From: Felis catus
Lineage: Eukaryota
Direction of reading: 5' to 3'
DNA length: 64,000 bases
NCBI RefSeq assembly: GCF_018350175.1
Contig: NC_058368.1
Span: 42,286,001 to 42,350,000, forward strand
The position numbers and the translations under genes are program-made. Each line of letters begins with the position of its first letter. Positions within the stretch are counted from its first letter, which is position 1. Positions 1 through 13,001 of the stretch are shown piece by piece. The notes under the pieces were generated by a model. That model searched no databases, was not told the DNA's origin, and worked only from the letters and a program-made list of their open reading frames with translations.

Positions 1-46
1 GCAAATTGCTCACTACTAACATGGTCTCTATAGAGATATGGCATAC

Positions 47-103
47 CTCGTAATGGCTTTCTTCATTCTCCTGAATGTGGAAACCCGCAGAGCTGGGACA
101 TTT
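47..103 (-). CDS. Predicted internal coding exon (57 nt, phase 0/0), [19 protein letters not shown]; gene continues beyond the left edge
   Basis: Acceptor ttcctgtcactcctcAG (AG at 105-104); donor GAG|GTATGC (46-41); 19 open codons in frame with the phase-0 end of exon 1694-1606. Confidence 0.7.
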
Positions 104-449
104 CTGAGGAGTGACAGGAATATTGTCACTTTTGCTGTGTGAGTTACACTGAAAGAGATTACCAAATAATTGTGACAAACTACTCCACATTCAGGGTGTC
201 TATTGAGAGACATGGCTGTTTGCTAAGAGTCTAATCAAAGGAGTACCATTTGAACTAGCAAGCATCTATACTCATAGGTACATGCATTAATATGCAGCCT
301 TTACCAAAAAAAGAAAAAAAAATCCCCAGGATACACAAATCGTCAAAATTTTTAAGCGAAGCTAAAGAAATCTCAAATGTAGTTATTTTATTTTTACCCT
401 TTCTTTTTTTAAGCAATATGTTCTTATGATTTGGGTAACTAAATCTTAC

Positions 450-640
450 ATGGTGCTACTCCTTGTGTGACATATTATTCAAGTGCTTGATATATACAAT
501 ACACATGGTAACAGAGTTATTATTATTTTTCTCACTTACAGATGAGGAAGATTAGGCGTACAAAATACACTTCTCAAGGTTGGGTTGTTACCCAGCTTTC
601 TAGGACCAAGCCCCATACCTTCTCTACTACATGCATGGCC
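450..640 (-). mobile_element. MIR relic
   Basis: ttattattatttttctcacttacagatgaggaagattagg resembles the MIR core in reverse orientation. Confidence 0.55.
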
Positions 641-1605
641 TTTATAAATGATACATTTGAAACAGACAAAATTGAAAAACTAAAAGTTTAAGGTCCTAAA
701 ATATTACGTCACTTTTCTTCTGTACCAAATATCAAGATTCTTTGAAACAAGTTAACGAAAATAATTCACTTGGAAAAGGATGTGAATTGTGGAAAGTAAA
801 ATATTGAATTATGGCTTGGGCTTTCTCCATGAAAATATTAAAATGGTTGTTTTCCATATTCCTTACATAATTTTTATATGAAAATAAGATATTATTCACT
901 TCCTGTTATCCTTGCTTCCTTCTTTCCTAAATCTCTTATTAGATTCAAGGCAAGGAATATTTATAAGTATTGCTGTTTGGCCACTTATTAAACATAACAT
1001 TGGGATTTCTAAGGTTTCTACATTAATAAAAGATACCGTAATGCCTCCAAAAAAGGTTCACCATTGGTATATAACCTTTCCTCTCCTATATGACTACAAC
1101 ATATGCACAGATTTGTATGACATAAGTAGGGAAGATACTATTTTTTCACACTAGTATGCCACATTTCAATTAACTAATGAAATTTTACTTTTCCCATGCC
1201 AAAGAATAATCTATTAGAAAATGACTTTTAAATACATTTTAAAAGCAAGTTAATTTTAGAATTTAGTGTAAGTTCAGTATGTTTTTACCTCAAGACCACC
1301 ATTTTATATATTTAAATATATTTTTAAACACATTACATTCCTTAAGACTTCTTATTTTGAAATAATTTTAAACACGGAAAAGGTGGGGAATAAACACCAA
1401 AAAACACTTCCAGGATTCCCTTCATTACAATTTCAAATATATCAGTTAATTACCTCATTGTTGGTTGGTTTAAGGGAAATAGCAATATGACAGACTAGGA
1501 AGACATGACTCTCAAACCCAAACCCAAACTTTTTCGCATGAAAAACACTATTGTGTTCCTGTCTTCTGTATAAACAGTATCATTTCAACCCTGTTCAAAA
1601 CTTAC

Positions 1606-1694
1606 CTCCTCTAGGAACTTTTCATGAGTAAGTAAACAGGTAGCAATAGCCATTTTAAACTCTGCTTTTAACCTAAGTAACTTTAAGGTGTACT
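1606..1694 (-). CDS. Predicted internal coding exon (89 nt, phase 1/0), (E)YTLKLLRLKAEFKMAIATCLLTHEKFLEE
   Basis: Consensus donor GAG|GTAAGT (1605-1600); acceptor cattttacAG (1696-1695) with ttaac branch-like motif upstream; phase matches both neighbouring exons. Confidence 0.7.
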
Positions 1695-2004
1695 CTGTAA
1701 AATGCTGCCCTGCCAGTGTTAATTCCTGGCCTGTGCCTAAGTTTGTCTGAACAACTTCCCTGTTAATTATGAAGTACTGACTGTTTCTCATATCTCTCCA
1801 CAGTGGCTCCCTTAGCTTTCTAAAGAAAAAAGCTTAGACCTTAAAACAGTTATTTTCATTTGTGATGTTCCTAAACATTTTAATCATTCAATTCCTTTCC
1901 CTAGTCCTTCTAACTTTTCATGCTGTTTAATCTTTTTTAAAACGTCTCATGTTTGTGCTATGCAGTTTTTCTCCCTAGAATCATTTCAATTCTTGTGGCC
2001 TGGC

Positions 2005-2163
2005 AGTGGCCCTTACCCTTGCTATATATGGGAATGACCTGGGAAGTTTTAAAAAATACCAAAAACTGAGTCCTACCTCACACCAGATAAATTAGAGCTC
2101 AGTTAAAAACATTTTTTAAATACTTAGGTAATTCTAATGTGCACCCAGAGTTTAGAATCCCTG
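2005..2163. mobile_element. MER5-like hAT-Charlie DNA transposon relic
   Basis: Ends in ...taggtaattctaatgtgcacccagagtttagaatccctg, typical of a MER5 terminus. Confidence 0.6.
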
Positions 2164-2339
2164 GGTTAACATTTCTTTGTCTGGTGCTCATGACAATACA
2201 GTAAATTTTGGCCTCGCTCCTCTTTTGATCTAATCTCTTGCTCTTTAGTATTTGTTTTCCCTTTTCCTGATATAATCAGTCATATAATTAGGGTTTTTTT
2301 TTCCCCACAGACTATATCATAATGCCTTGAACCTGAAAA

Positions 2340-2550
2340 ATATCTCATATTTGTATAATACTTTATACCTTTACATATGAGCTTTTATGTATTATCTACC
2401 AGAAACCTTTGCAGAAAGGTAGAAACATAAACCTTCTTTAACAGATGAGAAAGACAGAGGTTCAGATATATTCAATGCCCTTCATGTGAAGATTTGCCAA
2501 GTGAGAGAATTCCTAAGTAACAAGAGTTGGGTTATTTCTCCTCTGCCATA
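2340..2550 (-). mobile_element. MIR relic
   Basis: tttaacagatgagaaagacagaggttcaga core-like motif. Confidence 0.5.
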
Positions 2551-3867
2551 TCTCCCTTACATAATTCGTTGATTTGCTCACTGATGCACATACTCTATTT
2601 GGTGTGTTTGTTCATTTGCTGAGTGCATACTGTACTCTCACTCTGGCAGTGAAACCACACATAGAAATAACCATAATGATATGTGAAATTGCCACATGAA
2701 AATGTATGCACAAGTTGCTAAGGGACAAAACAGATAGAATGACTAGACTCCTGGGTTTGATACATGGGAAGAATCTGGAAAGATGGGCCAATGAAGGAAT
2801 CATGGTTAGCACATAGTCACAAAAGAACAAACAGCATATGCAAAGGCTAGAAGACATGAATTCTTGTGACTCTGTAAACTGCAAGGATTTTGATGGTGCA
2901 TTAACCACGGACCCTGTGAGAACTCATTTGGGGATAGGGACAGAAGTTATTAGAACATCTTACTTAACAGTGGATCCAATGATGAGAAGTTACAGAATCA
3001 GGCTTAACATTAGGAAAGACTACCAAATAATGGGATAGGTGCCTCATGGTGGTGGTGTCACGGATGAACTTTAGTCACCATCCTCTCTCTCCCAAATCCA
3101 ATAAAGAAATATAAACAAACTGAGTGTGTTTGCAATAGGACCGTGATGCCTGAGCAAGTCTCTCCATCCCAACAAGATCTCACTCAACCCTAAGCCTCTG
3201 TGTCTAATTCTGGAGCAGCCTGTTTGTAGAGCAGCAAATGGTATCAAAGGAAAAGTTTAACTCACTTTTCCTGCCTCATTTTTTAAGATTTTTGAGTGTT
3301 ATGATGCAAATAGCCTCTGGGGATTATAAGTCTATGAGCTAGAGAAAAAAAAGAAATTTTAAAATAACACTCTAAACAATATTTTGAGATCAAATACTAT
3401 AAATAGCCAAAACTTTAAGAAAACAAGTTCTTAAGTGAAGAACAATTTAATCACCAGGAATCCTTTCTAACAAGTTGCTATTTCAGGAAGAGCTGTAGCC
3501 TGAAATGGAAAGAAGATTTATTATAAGTGTCTCAAGATTTCACCCACTAAAAACTTTTTGCCAAATTTGATATGAATAACTATATAATGAATTTTGGTTA
3601 AGATGAATTTGCTAAATCAGATTTGATACTGCAGACAAATCACTTGAGAGGTCTAGAGCTTGATAACAACAATCATAGTATATGGAAATCACTGTAAATA
3701 CATTTGTTTTATACTTTAGAATCCATTTGATGTTTACCATTACCTACAGTTAATAGTCTCAATTTAATATGTGCATAAAGTTTGCTTCTCCAAAACACCC
3801 ATTGTAGTTCTTGGGAAATTGTCATTTACTACCTACAGAAATACCTACTCAAAAAAAAGTGGGGGGA

Positions 3868-4128
3868 GGGGCCCCTGGGTGGCTCAGTCGGTTAAGCAAC
3901 CGACTTCGGTTCAGGTCATGATCTCCCGGTTCGTGGGTTCAAGCCCCGCGTCAGGCTCTGTGCTGACAGCTTGGAGCCTGGAGCCTGCTTCGGATTCTGT
4001 GTCTCCCTCTCTCTCTCTGCCTCTCCCCCACTCATGCTCTCTCTCTGTCTCTCAAAAATGAATAAACATTAAAAAAATTTTTTTTAAGAAAAAGAAAAGA
4101 AGAAGAGATGAGAAGAGAAACAAGAAAG
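3868..4128 (+). mobile_element. CAN-SINE (SINEC_Fc-type) with purine-rich degenerate tail
   Basis: ggggcccctgggtggctcagtcggttaag head, (CT)n, AATAAA, A tail; approximate TSD aatacctaYtcaaa. Confidence 0.95.
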
Positions 4129-4689
4129 GGAATACCTATTCAAACTTGCCTCATAATCAGGAATATTAGCTTTTTCATTTTTGACAAATTTCTGAAAAGG
4201 GACTTCAGAGCCATGATATCAAAAGAATATCAACAGTAGCAAAAGCAACAAAAGTTTAATGAAAAATCACGTAAGTAAGGCACAGCTGTTTTCTTTGCAA
4301 AAAAGGGTTGTTGTGGGTTTTTTTTTTTGTTTTTTGTGTTTTTTTTTTACATTTTCTACCCAAGTCTATAGTAGCAACAATAAGTCCTTTTATTCTACTC
4401 CTCCTCCTACCTTCTTATAAAATCAAGGTAGTTTGCTAAAATTCAATGCCACTGTTATAAATTTCATGCAATCATTATAGAGGCAGTAGCTTGTAATTCT
4501 GTGCTATAGGTTTCATTAAATAAAAATTCCATTTGTTAAAAACTCCCACTGAAAATCTTATTCCTACCCATTTTAAGAAATTATTTTGGTGAAGAATTAT
4601 AAAACAGTCTTAAAACTTTTGATTAAAAAGAGCTCTGAGGTTAGTAAGATATTCACATTTACAGAAAAGAATTGAAAGAACTGTCTGTA

Positions 4690-4940
4690 CTTGGTGTCTT
4701 CACCATCTGTACATTCCTTTCGAGGACCCATATGTGTCCGGTTTCACTGCACCCATCCCACTGAAACTGCTCTGTCATAACCACCAATCATTTCCACATT
4801 AGTAACGCAAAGAGTGATTCTCAGGTCTCATCTCATTGACACAACTGATAACTCCTTTCTTCCGAACATATTTATGTCTCCAGCCTTCCAGGACACCACA
4901 CACTCATGGTTTTCTTTTTACCTCTTGTGCTCTCTCTCTG
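4690..4940 (+). mobile_element. L2 relic
   Basis: cccactgaaactgctctgtcataaccaccaatcatttccacatt resembles L2 3' region. Confidence 0.55.
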
Positions 4941-5467
4941 CAATCATTTAACTGTTCATGTTGTTATTGTTGATGTAAAAAACAAATTGCAAAGCATAGA
5001 GAAAATGAGGTCTGAGTACTTTCTCAGAAAGTATCCTCTCTGATGGTGTTCTCCATGGGTTCTTAAAATACTTTCTCAGATAGACACATGAACAATTTCT
5101 TATTTACAAGCCAACAAGGGAAGGACTCTTAGAATATTCCTAAACATGCTTACTTGAAAGAAGATATTTTATGAGCATTTCCAGAAGTTGATGAAAATTT
5201 ATAGTTTAAGAGATCTGTAGGGTAGATTCTTACCATTTCTGAAAATGTGGTCGAATCGCTTACTGTCCTGAAGCCTACCATGTTTCAAATTAGGAAGCCT
5301 TGAGCCTGGCTATCGACAGCCTTCTACTGTCTTCTATATATCTTTCTCCAATGGTTTATTTTCTTGTCATCATTAAATATAATTAGAAAACAAAACTAAA
5401 ATGTTCGTCAAACTGTGGTGAACACAAAGGTATTCATCTTGGGTAATAGGTATTTTGATTTAAAATT

Positions 5468-5705
5468 GGGGCACCTGGATGGCTCATTTGGTTAAGTATC
5501 TGACTCTTGATTTTGGCTTAGGTCATGATCTCATGGTTTGTCAGATCATGCCCCATGTGGGGTTCTGTGCTGACAGCACAGAGCCTGCTAGGGATGCTCT
5601 CTCTCCCTCTCTGCCCCTCCCCTGCTCCCTCTCTCTCAAAATGAATAAATAAAATTAAAAATAAATAAATAAAACAGAATAAAATAAAAATGCAGTATAA
5701 TAAAA
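5468..5705 (+). mobile_element. CAN-SINE (older subfamily)
   Basis: ggggcacctggatggctcatttggttaag head, CT tract, A-rich tail. Confidence 0.92.
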
Positions 5706-5891
5706 TTTAAAACCAAATGCCATATAGCTATTCAAATCACAGAAATACAGATGGCCAGAATATATATCAATTTCAAGGTAGAGATTACTTAAGTAAGATG
5801 AGAAACAAAGATAAACCATCAAAGGATTCAAAAGGAATATCAATTGTAGTATACAGGAAATCTGTTTATTTTTTTTTTAATTGTTTGTTTT

Positions 5892-6025
5892 GGGACACCT
5901 GGTGGCTTAGTTGGTTAAGCGTCCAACTCTTGCTTTCAGCTCAGGTCATAATCTCACAGTTCATGTGTTCAAACCCTGCATCGGGCTCTGCGCTGACAGT
6001 GCAAAGCCTGATTGGTATTCTCATT

Positions 6026-6064
<39 letters not shown>

Positions 6065-6186
6065 CCTCCCTCCCTCCCTGCCTCCCTCCCTCTCTCCCTG
6101 TCTCTCTCTGCCCTTCCTACATTGGCTTGTGCATGCTCCCTCTGGCTCTCTCTCTCTCTCCAAATAAAAAAAATAAACTTAAAAAA
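5892..6186 (+). mobile_element. CAN-SINE with expanded (TC)n(CCCT)n tract
   Basis: SINE head at 5892; TSD aattgtttgtttt on both sides. Confidence 0.93.
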
Positions 6187-6361
6187 TTGTTTGTTTTACC
6201 AATCTCTTTTTGAAAAGAGTATTTTTTCTTTAAAAATTGGAGACAGAAATATTACAAAATGTTAATATTGTTACATGTTAATTGTCATATGTTAATTCGG
6301 AGTACCAGGGACCTAGGTATTTTCCTTATTTCTCTTTACTTTTTCTAAATTTTTCAAATAC

Positions 6362-6678
6362 CTGAATGTGAATAAGCACATAGAAAGCATGGCTTTGTTA
6401 AAAATTTCAACAAGATTTTTGACAATGGTTGTAAAACAGTTTTAAAAACCATAAAATCTTGAAATTGTGCATCTTCAGAAGTAAAGAGCATGTAGGTGTT
6501 AGGTGTCTTCTGATTTGGCTCAGGGTCAGTTCTCCCCTTGTCAGTAGAGAATGTTTCTCTAAAGCCAGGTGAGAAACATGGCAATTTTTTCTTCTCTAGT
6601 TCTGCAGCATAAAGGTCTTTCTCTACTTTCTTTAAATATAGTTTTCCTTTTTTCACTTGACGAGGGAACATGATTATC
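6362..6678 (-). CDS. Predicted coding exon (317 nt) with ATG at 6671: MFPRQVKKGKLYLKKVEKDLYAAELEKKKL...KPCFLCAYSHS; product unrecognised
   Basis: 103 open codons in non-repeat AT-rich DNA; ATCATG start context (A at -3); donor CAG|GTATTT (6361-6356) in phase 1; acceptor gtcaacAG at 6680-6679 has a weak pyrimidine tract. Confidence 0.65.
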
Positions 6679-7116
6679 CTGTTGACAATTTATCAGGAGT
6701 ATGTAACATAATGCCTGCAGCAGCGCTAGATGTTTTATAGGTATTTTAAGTGAAAATTTTAAGTGAAGTAAAAGAATAAATGAAAGTCTTTACAGTGACT
6801 TATATTCACCTAGATTATTTTGGCTTCTAACTCTCCAGGTGATCATTTCTTTGTAGCTGTTCTCTTTTTTTGTTTGGTTGGTTTGGTTTTTGTTTTTTTG
6901 TTCCCAACAGACACATTCATTGCAATTAGCATCCCAAAATTAGTATTTTGTCTCACAGATGCTATCAAAAAATAAGGTGCACTAGTAGCACAGATTGAGA
7001 GTACCTGTGGTAGAAACATTAAACAAAGCAGTGGCTTTAGTCTTCATGGTTTGTTTCTCCAACTGGACCCTCAGCAACTCATGGCAGGAAGCCACTTCCT
7101 CACAGTACTCTCTTAC

Positions 7117-7400
7117 CTAAGTGAATACGTTTGAAGTCACCTATTATACACATGAACAAATAGCTTCTCTTCAACTGCCGGGGCCTGCAGCATTTCCCTA
7201 CCCAGGAGACTTTCCCAAGTCCAACTTTGGTTCTTCCAGGGCAGTAGACCACCCAGCAAGCAAGTTGACTAGGATCTGCTTCAGAACTCCCTGAACTGAC
7301 TGATAACCCTTATCACTTTGAGTAAATTTCCCCCACCCCTCTCACAATCCCCATTCCAGATGGCCTTTCAGTCCAGAGACACTATTCTCCTTTCTTCTTG
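7117..7400 (-). other. Candidate non-coding first exon / promoter region of the minus-strand gene (5' boundary unknown)
   Basis: Donor TAG|GTAAGA at 7116-7111, 438 bp upstream of the 6678 acceptor; locally higher GC at 7150-7400; the frame that would join exon 6678 contains TGA. Confidence 0.3.
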
Positions 7401-8148
7401 TTGTCTCAAAATTACCTCTTCTCTTCTCTTTCTCAATAGTACTTCTTTTGCTCCCTATCCCAACAAGCCTTTTGACTTTTAATCCAGGTATGCAGAGAGA
7501 CTAGCCAGATAGAGGTGGTCACTACTGCTCAACAAACAGCCAAAAGTTGACCATTCCATGTAGGATTTATGAGAAAAGAAAAGATGATTCCATATAGTCT
7601 TTTGTCACAGGCCAAATACATTCAATTATGGTTCCTTGTGAACAAGTGAAATTAACAATTAAAAACATATTTCTTATTGTGCATTTTGTTGTTGCAAGTA
7701 GATCACGTTTAAAGCATTTGTAGAAACTTTCCCTCAATTTACTACTTTATGATACACTAAATGAAACCCATTTGTTCCCAGTCAACACACAAGGAATACT
7801 TTATAACCAGAAAAAAATCTTAACAAATCTAAGTTTAAAAAAGAATGGAAAAAATGTTAATAATGTGAAATTAAAGTCTGAGGAAATTCAGTAAGAGGTA
7901 TACAGCTCAAGCACCAGATGAAACATCTTATTTTTTTCTTCGTTTAGAAATCTCTCTCCTACACTATTCCAAAATTTAATGGTCTCTATCACCAGCTGGC
8001 TGATATTTTTCAAATAATTCTAACAATTTAATAAAATGTATAGGTGCCAAGTACCATAACCGAGGAATAGTTTCTTTCAATGTATTATTGCTTAAGTAAT
8101 ATTTCAGAGCAATCTATCGTCATAAATAACTTCGGTTACTATGGAGTT

Positions 8149-8239
8149 TTAGCAACTCTGTCTATTGTCCATTTCTTGACAATGCTTTTTCAGTTGATTT
8201 TCCTTCTGTGCTAGAACTTTCAAGGCTTTTCTTAAGGGG
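8149..8239 (-). CDS. Candidate terminal exon, (S)PLRKALKVLAQKENQLKKHCQEMDNRQSC* if entered in phase 2
   Basis: Strong acceptor ctatctttctctctttttctggatttgtgtatAG (8241-8240); purine-rich body; TAA at 8151-8149; ATTAAA on the minus strand at 8032-8027. Confidence 0.4.
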
Positions 8240-10163
8240 CTATACACAAATCCAGAAAAAGAGAGAAAGATAGATGGATAGAGATATATTCCAAAAATAA
8301 TCATTCAGGTTTTTTTTATATGCTGCATCAGGCTGAATTCTGTCTTCTTTTGTCAATAAAATATATAATGAGAGTGAGAAGAAAGGGGAAAATAATTTAT
8401 AAGTCTCGTAGAATTTTTGATAATTCAATGAAGAGTCAAACAGTAACACCCTATGGCAAAACTCCTTAGCCAGTTCCCTCTAAATATGCAATAGAAGAGC
8501 AGAGCTCTGAGAACTGAACATTCAGTGTGCCAAAGCTTTTTCAAGGTGCCGCGGTGCTGGGTACATGGGATGACAAAATTTTGCTAAGTAAATAAAATAC
8601 ATAAATAAGCCCATACATTTTCTCACATCTGGCTGTAAATTCTTCATGAGCAATTACTACCAAGCTCTCTAACTTAATATAGATAAACCGGATACAATTT
8701 CAAGTCATTACTCATGAAGGAGGAGCAATGCAAAACCACCTTTATGAGGACCACAAATCATAGCGGCTCTGTGCACATTACAACACTTTTCTTTAAATGC
8801 TTCCTGGATATTATGTTATTAGAATTTTATGTACCTTTTTTGAACCAGTTGACATGGGTAGGCATAGGAAATAAGATTCCTCACAATTTTAACTTCAAAC
8901 ACTAGTGTTCTCTACTTTAAAATTTCTCCATTGGTCCCCTCCTGTGCCTTGCTCTAAAGCCCATTTTACAAGAGCAATAATACATTGAAAGGTTTCAAAT
9001 TACAAAAGGATTCCATGTTCTGTGACTGAGGCGAAGACCTATTAATGCCAGTTGACACTGCACATTGTAGTTTCATTGTGCTTTTAAATAAATGATGCAG
9101 GTAACACAGGCTTTTGCAACTCCTATTTCAAGTAATACAATAACAGACATTTTCAATATCAGGGTTGATCTTGATCATTCATGCTATATTTTTATTCAAG
9201 AAACTGTTTTGGCGTTTTGTGTAGTTCATTTAAGTTTATTTCATTATATGTTGTAATAAAATCCCTGAGACAGCAGTTCTGAAACAGTACCAAATACATA
9301 GTGCTAAAACCAATTTATTAAAAAAAAAAGTATTAATTTATAACATGTTCCATTAAAAGGCATCAAAATGCACAGAGAAGCCTATGACGCCTCATATGAG
9401 CCTATGATGTAGCAGAGCCCAGGGATACAATGACGGGCTTTCCATCCCTGCAGAGATGGCCCATTTGTGAATTGCATGTACATGTGTGCACACACACCAT
9501 GGTTGTAAATACATATTCCATGTGGGTGATTCATATACTTTTTCATAGAGATGATTACATATATTTGTATATGAAGGAGTATTTCTTTATTACACAGAAT
9601 TACTTTCATTAATATTACAGGTAGTATATTTTTCTAAAAGATTTTGCCTTTAAATATATAAAATATATACATATATGTGTGTGTGTGTTTATAAAATTTT
9701 AAGTGTGCTATAAATAAGCCACATATTTTTACTATACTAAGCTAATATATAATGTCTAACACAAATGCATCTTAGAGTTTAGGGGTAAAATATTTCTGAA
9801 AAATAATCCTATCAAGAATTATATTTTGAAACTTCTGTGGTAGAGAGAGAAAAATTTTTTAAAACCTGGATTGAATGTAATTTCCAATAGTAGGACTATG
9901 TCTATTTATCATGAAAAATACTTTCCAAAAGTAAATATTTACCATAACATTAGCTTTCACTATCTGCATGCCAGTCTTTAACAACAGACTTCAAGTCAAC
10001 CTTTAGTCAAAGAATTCAGATAATAAATTTGGAGATTCAAATCTAGAGTGCTTTAAAGTGAATTCAAAATTCAAGGCTATGCCAGGTATTTCAATATTAG
10101 TTTTTCTAGGCAAATGCTTAAATAAGTTCAGTGGTTTATTATACTTCTCTTCCTGGAAAGTTT

Positions 10164-10377
10164 ACTTTTTCTTTTTTTTTTTTTTTAGTGTTTATTTATT
10201 TTTGAGAGAGACTGAGTATGAGTGGGGGAGGGGCAGAGAAAGAGGGAGACACAGAATCTGAAGCAGGCTCCAGGCTCTGAGCTGTCAGCACAGAACCCAA
10301 CATGGGGCTTGAACTCACAGGTTGTGAGATCATGACCTGAGCCAAAGTCGGATGCTCAAATGAGCCACCAGGTGCCC
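10164..10377 (-). mobile_element. CAN-SINE (SINEC_Fc-type)
   Basis: Reverse SINE with TSD cttcctggaaagttt (10149-10163 / 10378-10392). Confidence 0.96.
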
Positions 10378-12210
10378 CTTCCTGGAAAGTTTTCTGAAAC
10401 AGACCCGAAGCTGGAACCTATAGTATTAATAACATATACAGAGAGAAAAAGAGAGAGAGCAAGCACACTGATTTTTTTATAGTACACTAATAACAAATGC
10501 TATCCCTTGAATACATAATTTTAAGATGTGTTTTTATAATCTGAGTGTTTTGGGTTTTGATTTTAATTCATTTATGCAAATTGTACAGTATCTTAATTTG
10601 ACTGAAAACATATCTCTTTAATGATTTACAGTAAAAAAGATGTTCTAGAATACCCTGGAAAGTGCCACTTGGTCTTTGGGGGACTTAGATTTGACTCTCA
10701 GCCCCACCACCATCTGACAGCATGTCTTTGCCTCAGTGTTTTTATCTGTAAAATGAGAAGTTTAGAGGTTAGATCTTCTCCACCTCTCCAAGTAAATATG
10801 CAGTATACATGTGAGATGTTATTATATACGTTACCCAAAACTTGGTAGTTTTTTTCCCCAAATACTGATCTCTAAACTTAGATCTTCATAAAATGGTGTA
10901 AATAATTTACTTGATAAAATAAACTGCAAGAAATTAGAAACTTTGCCACTGATTCTGTTATAATTCACCACTGATTCATTTGCTCTCATCTTGTTGATAG
11001 CTTTGAAAATGTGTGTGGCTGTATTAAAACAAAAGGAAAACTTTTAATTCTCATACCCCATATACATCTTTTTATTCATGAAGAGGAAAAAAAACTACTA
11101 TCAAAGCCTGATGTTTATTGACTATACTTCTACTTTCTGTGTAGAAAAAGAATTGGTGCTTTGGGTAGCTTTTGAAATAATTTAGAGTATTTAGGGCCAA
11201 ATTAAAAAAATTAATCACAGTGATGTTGGATGGAAACTCTTCAGCAAGTCTGGAATCTCTCTAGCTGTGAATGTTTAAAAGGCTAGAGCATTTTTAAAAT
11301 CTATTTTTAAAATTAAAGTTCTATGTATTTTAAGGAACAAAACCAAGTCACATGAGAAACATGCTCACTTTCAAGGTCTTAAAACTGGTTCTTCTTATAG
11401 GTTTGGGCTGAGAATCCCCGAAGGAATGTATTTTCACAAATAAGGAAATATCTTTAGATGTAGTCACTGCTAATAGAATACGCCTTTTGAATTACTTTAC
11501 CTCCAAGCTCCAAACTAAAATAACATTGGCAAAACCACTTTACTGTTTGACTTTAATCCTCAGGTCATAGAACTGTAACACTTAGATGACTCTCTAAAAC
11601 ACTATCACTTCTTTGATTTATCCTTATTAAGTTGTTCCTCTGGTGAAGGGAGGTATAAAAATGAACCAGAAATAGATTACATATACATATAAAAATCCAT
11701 TTTGAAAATTTATATTAATAAATGTGAAGCATAACTGGGAAACATTTATTTTCAGAATAGGAAAACGATAAAACATATAATTCAATACTGTCTTCAAGAA
11801 ACACATTAAATGCAGTAAATTTTATGATTTTATAAATTCTCCCAAATAAACACATCCATTTAATCAACCAACATTTCTTAAGAACCTCCATGTGCCAAAA
11901 ACTTTTTAATGATTTTGTTAAAAGAATACTTAAGAAATAATCCTTGTCCTCAAAGAATTGACGGTATTTTCAATATGGTCATTTTTGTGAACCCTCTATA
12001 TTCCCAAATGTGTTCATATATATATACATATCTCCAAAAAGAAGGTAAAAGAGAATAAAACTTGAAGAGAAGGGAATAGATGGTGGCATTTTTATAGTTT
12101 CTTCCCTCATACAGCGTTTTTTTAGAAGAATACAGAAAGATGGCTTTTTGTTAAACAATACCACACTTTTGTCCTATAATGGTATTACAATAAATATTGT
12201 ACTCCAACTA

Positions 12211-12892
12211 GGGGTGCCTGGGTGGCTCAGTTAGTTGAGCATCCGACTTCAGCTCAGGTCATGATCTCGTGGTTCATGGGTTTGAGCCCCGTATCGGGCT
12301 CTGTGCTGACAGCTCAGAGCCTGGAGCCTGCTTTGGATTCTGTGTACCCACCTCTCTCGGCCCCTCCTTGACTCAAGCTCTGTCTCACTCTGTCTCTCAA
12401 AAATAAATAAATGTTAAAAAAAATTAAAATATTGTACTCCAGGGGCACCTGGGTGGCTCAGTCGGTTAAGCATTCAGCTTCGGATCAGGTTATAATCTTG
12501 CAGTTCATGAGTTCGAGCCCCACATCGGGCTCTGTGCTGACAGCTCAGAGCCTAGAGCCTGCTTTGGATTCTGTGTACCCACCTCTCTCGGCCCCTCCTT
12601 GACTCAAGCTCTGTCTCACTCTGTCTCTCAAAAATAAATAAATGTTAAAAAAAATTAAAATATTGTACTCCAGGGGCACCTGGGTGGCTCAGTCGGTTAA
12701 GCATTTGGCTTCGGATCAGGTTATAATCTTGCAGTTCATGAGTTCGAGCCCCACATCGGGCTCTGTGCTGACAGCTCAGAGCCTAGAGCCTGCTTTGGAT
12801 TCTGTGTCTCCCTCTCTCTGCTCCTCCCCTGCTCATCCTCTCTCTCTCTCAGGAATAAACTTTAAAAAATTTTTTTAATAAATAATAAAATA
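12211..12892 (+). mobile_element. Three head-to-tail CAN-SINEs (starts 12211, 12442, 12673); the middle unit is a chimera
   Basis: Outer TSD aaatattgtactccaacta (12192-12210 / 12893-12911); inner aaaatattgtactcca before units 2 and 3; 231-bp period. Confidence 0.96.
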
Positions 12893-13001
12893 AAATATTG
12901 TACTCCAACTAAATAAAGATTAATGTTTAAGTTCATGATAGTTTTTATGTACTGGAGGAGGGGCAATATTTAAAGGTGACTAAACAATATATAGACAACA
13001 T

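Noticed and set aside
28..213. ORF-track frame [20 protein letters not shown] for the leftmost exon
   Set aside because: Needs phase 2 entry, whereas the upstream exon ends in phase 0; kept only as a fallback if an unseen exon intervenes
3397..3406. MEF2-like CTATAAATAG
   Set aside because: Single AT-rich motif expected by chance at this base composition
3868..3960. tRNA-like A/B box heads of the SINEs
   Set aside because: tRNA-derived SINE heads followed by (CT)n and A tails, not functional tRNA genes
5717..6265. Longest ORF (182 aa, plus strand)
   Set aside because: Runs through a CAN-SINE and its (TC)n(CCCT)n tract; the LSLSLS/PPSLP content is repeat translation
12411..12878. Two near-identical ORFs resembling a duplicated small gene or CRISPR-like array
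   Set aside because: Translations of tandem SINE units; no spacers or cas genes, and the DNA is mammalian
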